Below are positions 28,806 through 38,578 of a stretch of 64,000 nt of DNA, piece by piece; within the stretch, counting starts at the first letter, position 1, and the number at the start of each line of letters is the position of its first letter. Location of the stretch: positions 99,929 through 163,928 of the IMG/VR virus record IMGVR_UViG_3300031951_000017. One strand, given 5' to 3'. The stretch comes from a virus. The position numbers and the translations under genes are program-made. The notes under the pieces are model-generated. The model did no database searches, was not told the DNA's origin, and saw only the letters and a list, made by a program, of their open reading frames with translations.

Positions 28806-29463
28806 CTGGTTTAATTTTAGATAATGTGTTATTATTGTGTATCCCTAATTTAACATAGGTTTTAGGAATATAAATTATGTTTTTAGTTAACCTACTTAAA
28901 TGGTCGTGCATAACATCCATTATGCCATGTTTAACTTTTTTTTGAATTAAAGTTGAGAACATAGAACACACTTTAGAATAATCTCGACTATGTTGAAATT
29001 CTTGTTTAGTTATTACATCATATTTAGTTGGTTGGAAATTTAATATAAAGTCATCATATTTTTCTTTGTTCTTATCATACAAATTATGAATATGTTTTAT
29101 ATAATTAGGCATCATAATATCATCACAATCGTGTCTTGTTTGAATTGTGATGTTATTCTCTACTACAAAATTTTTATAGTCTTTTTTAGAATCGGTTAAT
29201 TGGATAATTGGAACGCCCTTACCAAATTCATAATCTTCGTAATCTTCCTGATTATCAATAAATGGGATGACTTTTATTTTTTTGTTAAATTCTTTAATAA
29301 TAGTGTCAAAATGTTTTTGATTACAAATTAAAGCAATAGAAAAATTTTTATCGGTTTGATTATTAATCGACGGGATATATGTCTTTTTCATAACTTCAAA
29401 ATATTTTAAAAACAATTCGTCATTCTTAAATTTACATCTTGTCACTATTATGTGTTTTATCAT
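28789..29463 (-). CDS. Putative rhamnosyltransferase-like glycosyltransferase
   Basis: IPSINNQTDKNF and TRHDCDD motifs. Confidence 0.7.
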   Translation of the reverse strand: MIKHIIVTRCKFKNDELFLKYFEVMKKTYIPSINNQTDKNFSIALICNQKHFDTIIKEFNKKIKVIPFIDNQEDYEDYEFGKGVPIIQLTDSKKDYKNFVVENNITIQTRHDCDDIMMPNYIKHIHNLYDKNKEKYDDFILNFQPTKYDVITKQEFQHSRDYSKVCSMFSTLIQKKVKHGIMDVMHDHLSRLTKNIIYIPKTYVKLGIHNNNTLSKIKPDEKKI

Positions 29464-30194
29464 ATAGAATCAGTATTTTTATAATTATTTATTTTTTTGT
29501 ATTTATTAACGCTAAATAATTCTATAGGTGTAATTAATTTTTTATTTTTCTTATCTTCTATTTTTTTTTGATTTTCTTTTCTAATATCAGATGAAAAATT
29601 TGTCTCAGGACTATTAGTTAGACTTCCATCATGTATCCTTCGATAAAACAATTGGTTTTGTAAAATGATAATGTTACTTGTATTTTTAGATGTTCTCCAT
29701 TCAAATTCAGTGTCCGCCCCACAAACCCAGGGCTCAAAACCCCCCATAAACATAAAAAAACTTTTTTTTATTGCAAACACACCATCAGAAAATTTCCAAC
29801 TATTTGTTTTAACATTAATATTATTTGTAAAATTTAAAAAATTAAATCTAACTATTTTGTGTTGTTCTAAATTTGAAAGTATTAGGCCTATTGCATTTTT
29901 TTTAAGTATGTCGTCAGAATCAAAAAAAAGTAAATTTTCATACTTAGCCTCATTAGCCAAAGTATTTTTAATAACGTAAGGGCCTAATTTTTCTTTAAAG
30001 AAATAAAATTTAACATTTTCATATTTTTGATAATTTTCATGAACATACTCTAAGGTTTTTTCACAGTTGTCAATTCCGACTAATATCTCATATTCAACAT
30101 TGACACAATCGTCAATTACGGATTGTAAACATTCTTCAATATATTCTACATTATTAAAAGTTGGAATAACTACACTTATGGATTTATTTACCAT
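29460..30194 (-). CDS. GT2 glycosyltransferase (paralog of the N-terminal domain of 25512..27497)
   Basis: ISVVIPTFN, FFDSDD, GFEPWVCGADTEF, YRRIH. Confidence 0.88.
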   Translation of the reverse strand: MVNKSISVVIPTFNNVEYIEECLQSVIDDCVNVEYEILVGIDNCEKTLEYVHENYQKYENVKFYFFKEKLGPYVIKNTLANEAKYENLLFFDSDDILKKNAIGLILSNLEQHKIVRFNFLNFTNNINVKTNSWKFSDGVFAIKKSFFMFMGGFEPWVCGADTEFEWRTSKNTSNIIILQNQLFYRRIHDGSLTNSPETNFSSDIRKENQKKIEDKKNKKLITPIELFSVNKYKKINNYKNTDSI

Positions 30195-30222
30195 GTTTTA
30201 TTATTATTTATTATAAATAGTT

Positions 30223-30915
30223 ATGGACACAGACATTAAAATAGTTATATATTCACTAGATATAAACGGTTATGATGAAATAATTAACCCATTAATGTAT
30301 GACAAAAATGTACGTTATATTTTATTTTCTGATGACAGGACAAGAGTTTCAAAATTTTGGGAGGTGATTCATATCGACCCTATTGAGGACTTAGACCATA
30401 GAAAACTAGCTAGATATTATAAAGTGAACTCACATTTAGTGTTACCTAAACATGATGTAAGTATTTATGTCGATTCTAGTTTTACCCTTAATCTTTTGGA
30501 CATTAATCTAATTTTAAACGAAAATAATTTTTTAAATTGTGATTTAATGTGTTATAAACATTTTATGAGAAATTGTACTTACGAAGAATCAAATGTGGTT
30601 ATTGATTTCAAAACTGAATCTAAGGAGGTTATTGATAAACAGATGTCATTTTATGAGAATGAGGGATTCCCCAAAGAGTTTGGTCTTTTTGAGACGGGTC
30701 TTATAATCAGAAAAAATAATGCAAATACAATTCGATTTAACTCCACTTGGTGGGAACAGGTAAGAAAATTTAGCGGTAGGGACCAATTATCTCAGGTGTA
30801 TTCATCTTGGAAAACCGGGATAACTATTTGTGGGTTTGAAAAAGGTAGGGATATATATTCTAATCCTTACCTAACTAAATTCAGACCTCACAAAAAAAAA
30901 TGGGTGGTTGATTAG
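30223..30915 (+). CDS. DUF616 (TOD1/MUCI70)-like glycosyltransferase
   Basis: GYD...P, ARYYK..SH, IYVDS, H..RNC.YEE, WW.......RDQLS. Confidence 0.8.
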   Translation: MDTDIKIVIYSLDINGYDEIINPLMYDKNVRYILFSDDRTRVSKFWEVIHIDPIEDLDHRKLARYYKVNSHLVLPKHDVSIYVDSSFTLNLLDINLILNENNFLNCDLMCYKHFMRNCTYEESNVVIDFKTESKEVIDKQMSFYENEGFPKEFGLFETGLIIRKNNANTIRFNSTWWEQVRKFSGRDQLSQVYSSWKTGITICGFEKGRDIYSNPYLTKFRPHKKKWVVD

Positions 30916-30935
30916 ATAAGTTACAAATAATTTAT

Positions 30936-30943
30936 TACATTTG
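30936..30943 (+). promoter_or_regulatory. Host-type -7 element TACATTTG, 4 nt before ATG
   Basis: Matches TAnnTTTG; same 4-nt spacing recurs at 36804, 50152 and upstream of 60147. Confidence 0.6.
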
Positions 30944-30947
30944 TCTT

Positions 30948-31436
30948 ATGGACAAGGTTTTAGTATTAAATGCTGATTATTCACCTTTAAATGTAACAAC
31001 GTTACACCGGGGATTTAATTTGGTTTTTACTGGTAAGGCCGAAATAGTTAAATCAAGTGATAATCTAATCGTCACTGATAAAAAATCATATGAACGACCA
31101 GTCATTATAAGGCTTTTAAACTACGTTAGATACGTTTATCGTAGGTTACGTGTCAACAGACATAAAATCTATAAAAGAGATGGTCACAAATGCGTTTATT
31201 GTGGAAATTCAAAACAATTAACAATTGACCATTTAATCCCAAAGTCAAAAGGTGGGAAAAATACTTGGGAGAATCTTGTGACTTGTTGTTCTAAGTGTAA
31301 TGTTAAAAAGGGAGATAAAACAATTGAACAGGCTGGGTTAAGATTGTTGAAAAAACCATACGAACCAGACATATTCATTGAGGCAATGAATACAGCATTG
31401 GAGAAGGTTTGGACTGAGTATAAAAACTCTTTTTAA
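30948..31436 (+). CDS. HNH endonuclease
   Basis: VLVLNADY.PL, RDGHKCVYCG, TIDHLIPKSKGG, WENLVTCCSKCNVKKG. Confidence 0.93.
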   Translation: MDKVLVLNADYSPLNVTTLHRGFNLVFTGKAEIVKSSDNLIVTDKKSYERPVIIRLLNYVRYVYRRLRVNRHKIYKRDGHKCVYCGNSKQLTIDHLIPKSKGGKNTWENLVTCCSKCNVKKGDKTIEQAGLRLLKKPYEPDIFIEAMNTALEKVWTEYKNSF

Positions 31437-31439
31437 TCA

Positions 31440-31465
31440 TTAAGGGGTTCCGAAGAACCCCTTAA
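31440..31465 (-). terminator. Hairpin with cUUCGg tetraloop on minus strand (terminator or processing signal)
   Basis: TTAAGGGGTTC-cgaa-GAACCCCTTAA between convergent genes; no clear U-tract. Confidence 0.6.
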
Positions 31466-31538
31466 CTTTAGGATAATTTAAAACCCCCTGTATTTTTTTA
31501 TCAGGTTTATATTGGTGAGTTTTACCCCACCAATGTCT

Positions 31539-33587
31539 TTAAATTATATTATCACTAATACTTTTTATTTTACTTTCAGCTGTTTTGTCAGCATCACTAA
31601 GTGTTTCACAAACACTAGGTGAAATCATTGCAACTAGTTCTTTAACTATAGAATCATCTTGTAATTTGTCAAACATTTGTGAACCAATCTTTGTTAACAT
31701 TTCATTTGAACCTTGGATACTAGATAATTTCTTACCAAATGCTTTTGGTAATGATTCCGCGATTTTAATACTCAAATTATTACAATTTGTCAATAACTTT
31801 GGTAGGTCATCAACATCAGTTGATTTAACAACATTATTAATAATTTCTTGGGTTGTTTCATCAGAAACGTCAAATCCAATTTTAGTCAAAACTCGTTTAA
31901 CAATGTTTTCAACAAATGTAATCTTAACATCTAACTCATCTTTATATAAGGTCGTTAAAAGTGCAAATAAGTTATCTAAATTCTCTTTTACAATTTGTTT
32001 GTTATATCTCTTTGAGTTGAACTTTTTAACTTCAGATATTACTTCGTTTGAGATTTTTTTTAATCCTTGTCTTTGGTTATTTCCGGCAGACTCAAGTATC
32101 ATAAATAATTTGTCCTCGACAATATCATTCTCAAGAATTTCAAACTTTTTTCTTTCTTTAGCTTCAACCAATAACTTATTAATATTTTTCTTTAAGTTAC
32201 TTTCAGTTTGAGGACAACCTGTTTGTTTATAAGGGTCGGAAATATTTATAAAAATACAAGCATTTGAAGCGTCTCTAAAAACTCCGTTATTTGAGAAGAA
32301 CACCCTACCAATGTCATTTAGATATATGTTAGTTCTTAGTTTACTTCCACCCTCAACCTTTTTATTAATACCACCACTTGAAAACATATTTGTCATATAA
32401 CAATTCGCCAACCTTTGTTTAATTTGAATATTAACACTATCAGGAAGTCTGTCTTCAGATGCCGAATAATCTTCAAGTTTATCTTTAAGCGTGGAGTTTA
32501 ATTTAGTTAGATATGCATCATTACAATATCTTTGTAATGTTTTGTTGTATTTTCCCATATTACAAGCATATCCTTGGAATGCCTCTAAGCAGGTTTTAAC
32601 TGTAATCTTATTATTGTCAAAGATTTGTACCGCAAATTCCTGTGCTTGGTTAGCCGCTTTACTACCGATTTTAACACCTCTTGGATAATAGAATGTTTGT
32701 TTACTATCTAAATTTTCAAATGGTGTTCCCATTGTATTCAATGGTTCCTTTAAATACCTTTCAAGATTTTTACCAGCAGGATTGATTGTTTGATTTGGTT
32801 GAATTCTATCAAAGAATTCTTGCATTCCTGTTAATAAATTTTGTTCTTCAGTATTTAATCCACCTAATCTATCTGATTTTTCTTTTAAAATTTTATATTT
32901 TGCACCTATTGCACTTTTAAAATATCCAAAATAAATTGATGTTGCGGAATAATCATCCATATAACTTTTAATGTTTGCCGAAGCATTATTAACAACGTTA
33001 TAATCATTAAAATTAATACCTAATTTATCGGTGAAATAGGTTAGATTTTTAAATTCTTCATCACTAATAACCTGTCTTTTTTTAGCTTCTTCAGCTTCTT
33101 TGTTTTTAGTCTCAAGTTCCTTAGATAATTGTTTAGACGTAGTTTGAGTATCAAATATATCCAAAATTGTGTCAGTACTCATATTCCAAGCAACAACTGA
33201 TATTTCATTTGATGAACATTTAACACCTGTTGGGGTTGGCACATTTCCGCCGTTAGTAACAGGTTGGTTAATGTTGTATTGGGCAGTAACCTTCCCATCA
33301 ATTGTTTTGTCACGTAACCCTATTTTACAAGTTTGGTTTGGGTATGTGTAAACCACCAAAAGATTTTCTTTTACTCTATTAGTTTCATTATCTTTATAGC
33401 CCAAACTAGCTCTAAATGAATCGCCCTGATTCATTTGATTAGTTACGTTTTCTAATTCGCCATAGTTAACATTTTTTTTGTTAACTGGACTACTATTAGA
33501 ATTTCCTTGCCCTCTAGGGCTATTTCCATTAGGTTTTCCATCCTCCTCTTCAATTTCACGAGGATTTTTTGTTTCAATTTTTGCCAT
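31539..33587 (-). CDS. Large hypothetical protein, probable virion internal protein
   Basis: 682 aa; internal leader-like segment ESNLKKNINKLLVE. Confidence 0.7.
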   Translation of the reverse strand: MAKIETKNPREIEEEDGKPNGNSPRGQGNSNSSPVNKKNVNYGELENVTNQMNQGDSFRASLGYKDNETNRVKENLLVVYTYPNQTCKIGLRDKTIDGKVTAQYNINQPVTNGGNVPTPTGVKCSSNEISVVAWNMSTDTILDIFDTQTTSKQLSKELETKNKEAEEAKKRQVISDEEFKNLTYFTDKLGINFNDYNVVNNASANIKSYMDDYSATSIYFGYFKSAIGAKYKILKEKSDRLGGLNTEEQNLLTGMQEFFDRIQPNQTINPAGKNLERYLKEPLNTMGTPFENLDSKQTFYYPRGVKIGSKAANQAQEFAVQIFDNNKITVKTCLEAFQGYACNMGKYNKTLQRYCNDAYLTKLNSTLKDKLEDYSASEDRLPDSVNIQIKQRLANCYMTNMFSSGGINKKVEGGSKLRTNIYLNDIGRVFFSNNGVFRDASNACIFINISDPYKQTGCPQTESNLKKNINKLLVEAKERKKFEILENDIVEDKLFMILESAGNNQRQGLKKISNEVISEVKKFNSKRYNKQIVKENLDNLFALLTTLYKDELDVKITFVENIVKRVLTKIGFDVSDETTQEIINNVVKSTDVDDLPKLLTNCNNLSIKIAESLPKAFGKKLSSIQGSNEMLTKIGSQMFDKLQDDSIVKELVAMISPSVCETLSDADKTAESKIKSISDNII

Positions 33588-33601
33588 AGTACTTTTAAAT
33601 A

Positions 33602-35479
33602 TTAATATTCAATATATTTCCCATTTTTATATGTGTAAAAATATTCCTTACCATTGGTATCTAATGCTATGTAATATTTTACTCCATTTATAACTTCAGT
33701 ATTTACTGTTTTTAGGTCATTAATTTCATTCCCCCAACCAGCTGGTGATTTTAGAAAACTCTTAAATTCATCTAAAGTCGTACCATAAGTTCCACTATAA
33801 GTTTCACTTTGTTTTTCTACTGGAGTTTCATCAGTGTCTAATAATTTAGACTCACCTTTATTTATTTTTTCTTCAGCGGACTTTTTAATTTTTTCCATCC
33901 CCTCACCTGCCTTTTTTTGTAGTTCCTCTAATTCTTCTTTGAATTTAAACCCCTCTTCTTTGGTCATTGGTCTATTCTCATATTTATGAGTTATACTATA
34001 TAACATTGCCCCAATGTTATCAGTAAAACCTGGAATTGCGACTTTTAAATCGGCAACATTTGACACGGTGTATCCTAACATGTCTGATAAAAATCCAGTA
34101 AATCCACCAATACTCTTACCTAATTCAGTATTACCCATTTCATTTTTTTCTTCACTACTATGACTATTGTGCCAAGACATTGCTTGATTTTTAACCCAAT
34201 CTCTATCTTTAAAATATGTAGCATCTTCTAACCAAAGCCCAAGTAAATCAGTCGCATAATCACAAAAACCATAAACAAACGCTAATGATAACCAAGATAC
34301 CCCCCATTCCTTCCCAACACTAAAAACCGCTTGAGGCATTCCTACAACTTTTGAGTATTTTTTAAATCCTTCCCATCCTTTTGTTTGTCCGGTAAGAAAC
34401 CATCTTCTAAATTCTTTAAATTCTTCTCCTGTAAAAATTTTACTCCATTTTTTCAACCGAGAACTTTCATATTTTGTGATTGACTTTCCAAACCATCTCC
34501 AAGGTAACACAATTTCAGCAATCTGAGACCATAATTTTCCTTTACGTGTCATTAAACTACCATATTCTTTTTTCCAAGATTCTAAAGACGTACCATCTAA
34601 TAATGATGCAGCCCTTTTATACCCCTCTTCACTTGAAACCATACTTTTTAATTTGTAATTTGGTACATTAACATCTATCCAATTATCAATGACTTTAAAA
34701 TTAGTTTTATCTTTATTAGTTAGTGTTGTTAAATTGTCACCAATTTTACTTAATAAATTTGTAATAACTTCCCCGTCTGTTTGTCCATCTAATGTTTTAA
34801 TCATTCTTAAAGTCTCATCAATCAATTCGTCTTGTGATTTCATCATATCTGAAACCCCTGTTGCAAATTTTCGCATATTTTTAAAATATGAACCCAATCC
34901 TTTTGCACGATATAGTTTTTCTAATTCTCTTAATTCTTGTTGAGTTAATGGTCTTAAATCAGTCCATTTTTTAGCTGCCGCTCTAGTTGAGGCTCCGGCT
35001 CCTTGGGTCACTTGTTTTGCGACCTCGTCCATATAATCTGAAACTTCTTTTTTGAGTATATCTTTAACTCCTGTAAATTGGGTGTTCACATTAGTTTCAA
35101 TCCAATTGTCTGTATTTGATTTAACAGCATTTACGTCAGCTCCATTCCTAATTAAATCCCCAAAACTTGTTTTCAATGAAGATATTAATTGTTGTTCTTG
35201 TGAATTTAATGTTGCTAAAACTTTTGGGGCTACGTATTGTAGCAGTTCATCTGACTCGTCACACAATTTTGCAATAATGGTAATCGCATCATTATCACTT
35301 GTAACATTTCTTAACTGATTAAATAAGTTATCAAAATTTGAGGAAACTCTACCTACTTTACTACTAAATTTAGAAACTACGTCAGTGGCCAAACTAACAT
35401 AACTCTCGGTCAAAAGATGTCGAGTCATAATAGTTTTTATTCTTTGTACTTCTGAGATTACAATGTTATTGTCTTGCAT
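33602..35479 (-). CDS. Large hypothetical protein with hydrophobic segment, probable virion internal protein
   Basis: Leader VISEVQRIKTIM..LLTE; TATTTAT box 35495-35503 inside the upstream gene; hydrophobic WGVSWLSLAFVYGF. Confidence 0.7.
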   Translation of the reverse strand: MQDNNIVISEVQRIKTIMTRHLLTESYVSLATDVVSKFSSKVGRVSSNFDNLFNQLRNVTSDNDAITIIAKLCDESDELLQYVAPKVLATLNSQEQQLISSLKTSFGDLIRNGADVNAVKSNTDNWIETNVNTQFTGVKDILKKEVSDYMDEVAKQVTQGAGASTRAAAKKWTDLRPLTQQELRELEKLYRAKGLGSYFKNMRKFATGVSDMMKSQDELIDETLRMIKTLDGQTDGEVITNLLSKIGDNLTTLTNKDKTNFKVIDNWIDVNVPNYKLKSMVSSEEGYKRAASLLDGTSLESWKKEYGSLMTRKGKLWSQIAEIVLPWRWFGKSITKYESSRLKKWSKIFTGEEFKEFRRWFLTGQTKGWEGFKKYSKVVGMPQAVFSVGKEWGVSWLSLAFVYGFCDYATDLLGLWLEDATYFKDRDWVKNQAMSWHNSHSSEEKNEMGNTELGKSIGGFTGFLSDMLGYTVSNVADLKVAIPGFTDNIGAMLYSITHKYENRPMTKEEGFKFKEELEELQKKAGEGMEKIKKSAEEKINKGESKLLDTDETPVEKQSETYSGTYGTTLDEFKSFLKSPAGWGNEINDLKTVNTEVINGVKYYIALDTNGKEYFYTYKNGKYIEY

Positions 35480-36755
35480 ACATATCAATATTACTATAAA
35501 TATCCATCATTTTGTTAATTGTTATCTTATCAATAATACCATCAGATTTTAGTTTATTATCCTCTTGAAATATTTCGACAGAAAATTTCATAGCTTCATC
35601 AAATTCACCATTATTCCAATCAGTTATTGTTTGGAAATCAGTAATATAGTCTTCATATCCCATATCATACAACATTTTTTGTATCTCTTTAACTGATTCT
35701 CCCTTATCACCTAATTCAATCACATCTGAACCATTTTTAACACTATCAATTGATGGGGATGTGACATAGTTAATTGTTTGAGGTTCATTTGTATTAGTTT
35801 TTTGAGATTCTAAAGCCCATTTCATCGCAGCCTCTTCAGGTGTTTCAGTAGGATTGATTGAAATTAAATCCACTTTTCCACCTTCTAAAGCTTTTTCTAA
35901 TGACTCGGTAGCCTTTGCAATCATATATTCTTTTACTTGTTCCTCATACCCAAGTAACCCATTAACCATAGCTCTTAAATCGTTCTTGGTTCTACTATCC
36001 AAATCTTTTTTACTTTCTAAAACATCTCTAAACACAAAAAGATAAAGTTTATCGGCAGTCCAAGCTGTACCGCCAACTTTAAACACTAATTCAGATAATT
36101 TAAACACACCAATTTTCTTTAATATCATCAATAAATTCATGATGTATTTTGGTGTTTTATCTTTTAAACTCTTAATGAAATTTTTACCTAGGTTCTTTTT
36201 CATTAATTTACTAATGGTACTAGATTCCTTAGACATAATTTTACCAAGAGATACTAAATCTTTAGTCTCTTCCGCAGTAAGTTTAGCACCTGATTTATAT
36301 TTTTTAATTAAGTCTTTAGTACCTTTTATACCTCTTCTGCCTATAACCTTAGTACCTTTAAGTCCTTTCATTAATTCACCTCCAGGTATAATACTTAGTG
36401 CTAACATCATTGTACCCATGTATTTATCACCTTCATTATAGTAAGTTACCGCATCAGTAACTCCCGCTAAAGTGGATATCCCAAGAAACAACGGAGCCGC
36501 AGGTGTTGGTATCATTCCTAGTACGGCAGTCGATATCTCTACTAATGTCAACCAATCGTGATTATTAAATGAAGCAAACCAATTATATAAACTTTTAAAT
36601 TTCTGTTTTATTTTTTTCCAAAATTCAAAATCTTCATTTAATAATTCAGATTCTAATATCATTATGTTTTCCTTGTAAGTTACAGTTGAATCATACTGCA
36701 TCATTAATCTAACTCTTTCAAGTAGAACTTCAGGATTATTTTTTTCAATGTTCAT
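35466..36755 (-). CDS. Leader-bearing protein with hydrophobic hairpin and C-terminal peptidoglycan-binding domain
   Basis: LGDKGESVKEIQKMLYDMGY...GEFD....SVEIFQEDNKLKSDGII. Confidence 0.78.
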   Translation of the reverse strand: MNIEKNNPEVLLERVRLMMQYDSTVTYKENIMILESELLNEDFEFWKKIKQKFKSLYNWFASFNNHDWLTLVEISTAVLGMIPTPAAPLFLGISTLAGVTDAVTYYNEGDKYMGTMMLALSIIPGGELMKGLKGTKVIGRRGIKGTKDLIKKYKSGAKLTAEETKDLVSLGKIMSKESSTISKLMKKNLGKNFIKSLKDKTPKYIMNLLMILKKIGVFKLSELVFKVGGTAWTADKLYLFVFRDVLESKKDLDSRTKNDLRAMVNGLLGYEEQVKEYMIAKATESLEKALEGGKVDLISINPTETPEEAAMKWALESQKTNTNEPQTINYVTSPSIDSVKNGSDVIELGDKGESVKEIQKMLYDMGYEDYITDFQTITDWNNGEFDEAMKFSVEIFQEDNKLKSDGIIDKITINKMMDIYSNIDMYARQ

Positions 36756-36815
36756 TGATTACTCTTTTTATGTAAATATTTTGATAATAAATAAAAATGT
36801 CCATATATTTGCCAA

Positions 36816-37124
36816 ATGGAAACAATAAATATTGGAGATTTAGTTTATAATACTAAAACAAAAACTGAACATTTAGTCGAATCTATTGAGTTAGTTGACG
36901 ATGACTTTATAATTTTTACTGACGACATTAAATGTTTTCCTATATCTGATTTGGTTAGATTACCAAAATCAAAAATAGCTAGATTATTTTTATCTTGGTT
37001 TGAGAACAAAAAATTAAACGATGAAGACGAAAAGGAACTAGATGATTTAATTAAACGTACAAAACCAATAACAATTCAAATCTGTGATATTGAAGGGTAT
37101 ATTAAAGAACAGGGTTTAAAGTAA
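36816..37124 (+). CDS. Hypothetical protein
   Basis: 102 aa; TATATTTG 36804-36811 upstream. Confidence 0.65.
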   Translation: METINIGDLVYNTKTKTEHLVESIELVDDDFIIFTDDIKCFPISDLVRLPKSKIARLFLSWFENKKLNDEDEKELDDLIKRTKPITIQICDIEGYIKEQGLK

Positions 37125-37454
37125 GGTATTACCCTTTCCTCTTGTAACTCCACTAGACCATTTTGATTTTTGGTCGATTGGATTTGCCTTACCTCTATTG
37201 AGTTTTACTATATCACTCCACTTTGTATTACCAATTTGATTTGCGGGACCTCTAGTAACACCAGATTCCCATTTTGTTACCGCAGGATATTTTTGACCCC
37301 CTCCTGATGGACTTGCAGAAGAACCTCCACCTGACGAAGCTGGTGGAGTTGACGGAGCAGGACTAGTTGTTCCACCCTCGTCTTGTTCATCAATCTCACG
37401 TTTACGTTCATCAGTATATTGACGTAATAATTTAATAATCTTTTGTATATCCAT
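37116..37454 (-). CDS. Small protein with three KWxSGVTRGxAN-like repeats
   Basis: KWESGVTRGPANQI / KWSDIVKLNRGKANPI / KWSSGVTRGKGNTL. Confidence 0.7.
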   Translation of the reverse strand: MDIQKIIKLLRQYTDERKREIDEQDEGGTTSPAPSTPPASSGGGSSASPSGGGQKYPAVTKWESGVTRGPANQIGNTKWSDIVKLNRGKANPIDQKSKWSSGVTRGKGNTLL

Positions 37455-37750
37455 TAAAAAAAATCTGCTTTTGGTAATCTTTTAGTATTCACAGTATAGT
37501 ACTCATTTAAGAATCCCATGAGTTCGTCCTCGTCAATATCAATCATTTCATCATCATCTTCAAACTCATCATCCTCGTCAAAAAAGTCAAAAGATTCGGT
37601 TAATAAATTATACCCAAAATCTTTTGCCTCTTTCAATGATATTGTATCATTTCTCACTTCATCCTCAGAATCTAAAGTGGTTCTAAATGAGACCTCCAAA
37701 GTATTTGCGTCATCATTTAAGAAATAACTAACAATCTCAGTAACTTCCAT
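37454..37750 (-). CDS. Acidic hypothetical protein
   Basis: 98 aa; 1-nt overlap with downstream gene. Confidence 0.7.
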   Translation of the reverse strand: MEVTEIVSYFLNDDANTLEVSFRTTLDSEDEVRNDTISLKEAKDFGYNLLTESFDFFDEDDEFEDDDEMIDIDEDELMGFLNEYYTVNTKRLPKADFF

Positions 37751-37755
37751 AAAAA

Positions 37756-38556
37756 TTATTTTAACATTCTCTTAAACATGTTAAGAGTTTTATCAACACT
37801 CTCATTAATTTTTGGTTTTGAAAACTCTTCCTTTCTTTCAAATACTACTGAATCATCATCTGAAAATATCATTAACATATCAATGTCATCATCTTCATTA
37901 TTAGTATCTTCAATATAAGGTTCTGAAATTTCATCCTCACTTTCAATATCATAGGTTAACCTGTTTCCAGAAGAAATAAAGTCATCTAAATCTAATTTAC
38001 TTGTGAACATATTCATTGATTCATCAATCTCTTCATACATATTTGGTCCACATTCACATATACCTTCATACATACCACATTCAGAACAAGTCTTCGGTTC
38101 TTCATCTAATTCCTCAGGTTCATTTAAATATTTTTCAATATCGTGTTTACCAATTAAATGACCTTTTTCTTTTTTTCCTCCAAATGCAAACATTTTCTCA
38201 CCACTCGGATAACTAACTTCATCTTCGAATTCTAATTCATCTTCAGCATCAGGTCTGTTATACTTATAACTTTTTCCTTTCTCTAGTTTATCTAATGCAA
38301 TTTCTTCCATTTCATTATAACCACATTCATTACATTCACCTGATGATTCTTTCATATAAATTTTATTATTATATTCAGATACTTCACCATTTGAATTTAT
38401 GGTGATGCCACCTTTATCATTTGCAAAATCTTGAACCATTAAAGGTTGGGTGTTTGATGTGTTTTGTCTTGTAACGTAACCATCATATGGTGTTTTGTGT
38501 AAATCAAGAATATTTTCTCTTTCTGATTTATCTACATTTAAAAAATAAGGTCTCAT
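37756..38556 (-). CDS. Acidic leader-bearing protein with CxECG motifs
   Basis: SERENILDLH leader; CNECG and CSECGMYEGICECG. Confidence 0.7.
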   Translation of the reverse strand: MRPYFLNVDKSERENILDLHKTPYDGYVTRQNTSNTQPLMVQDFANDKGGITINSNGEVSEYNNKIYMKESSGECNECGYNEMEEIALDKLEKGKSYKYNRPDAEDELEFEDEVSYPSGEKMFAFGGKKEKGHLIGKHDIEKYLNEPEELDEEPKTCSECGMYEGICECGPNMYEEIDESMNMFTSKLDLDDFISSGNRLTYDIESEDEISEPYIEDTNNEDDDIDMLMIFSDDDSVVFERKEEFSKPKINESVDKTLNMFKRMLK

Positions 38557-38578
38557 AATTTAATTTTAATATAAATAT

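Noticed and set aside
30948-31436. HNH as an intron/intein-associated homing element
   Set aside because: Free-standing gene with its own promoter; neighbours are uninterrupted, and terminase, portal and ClpC show no obvious intein insertions.
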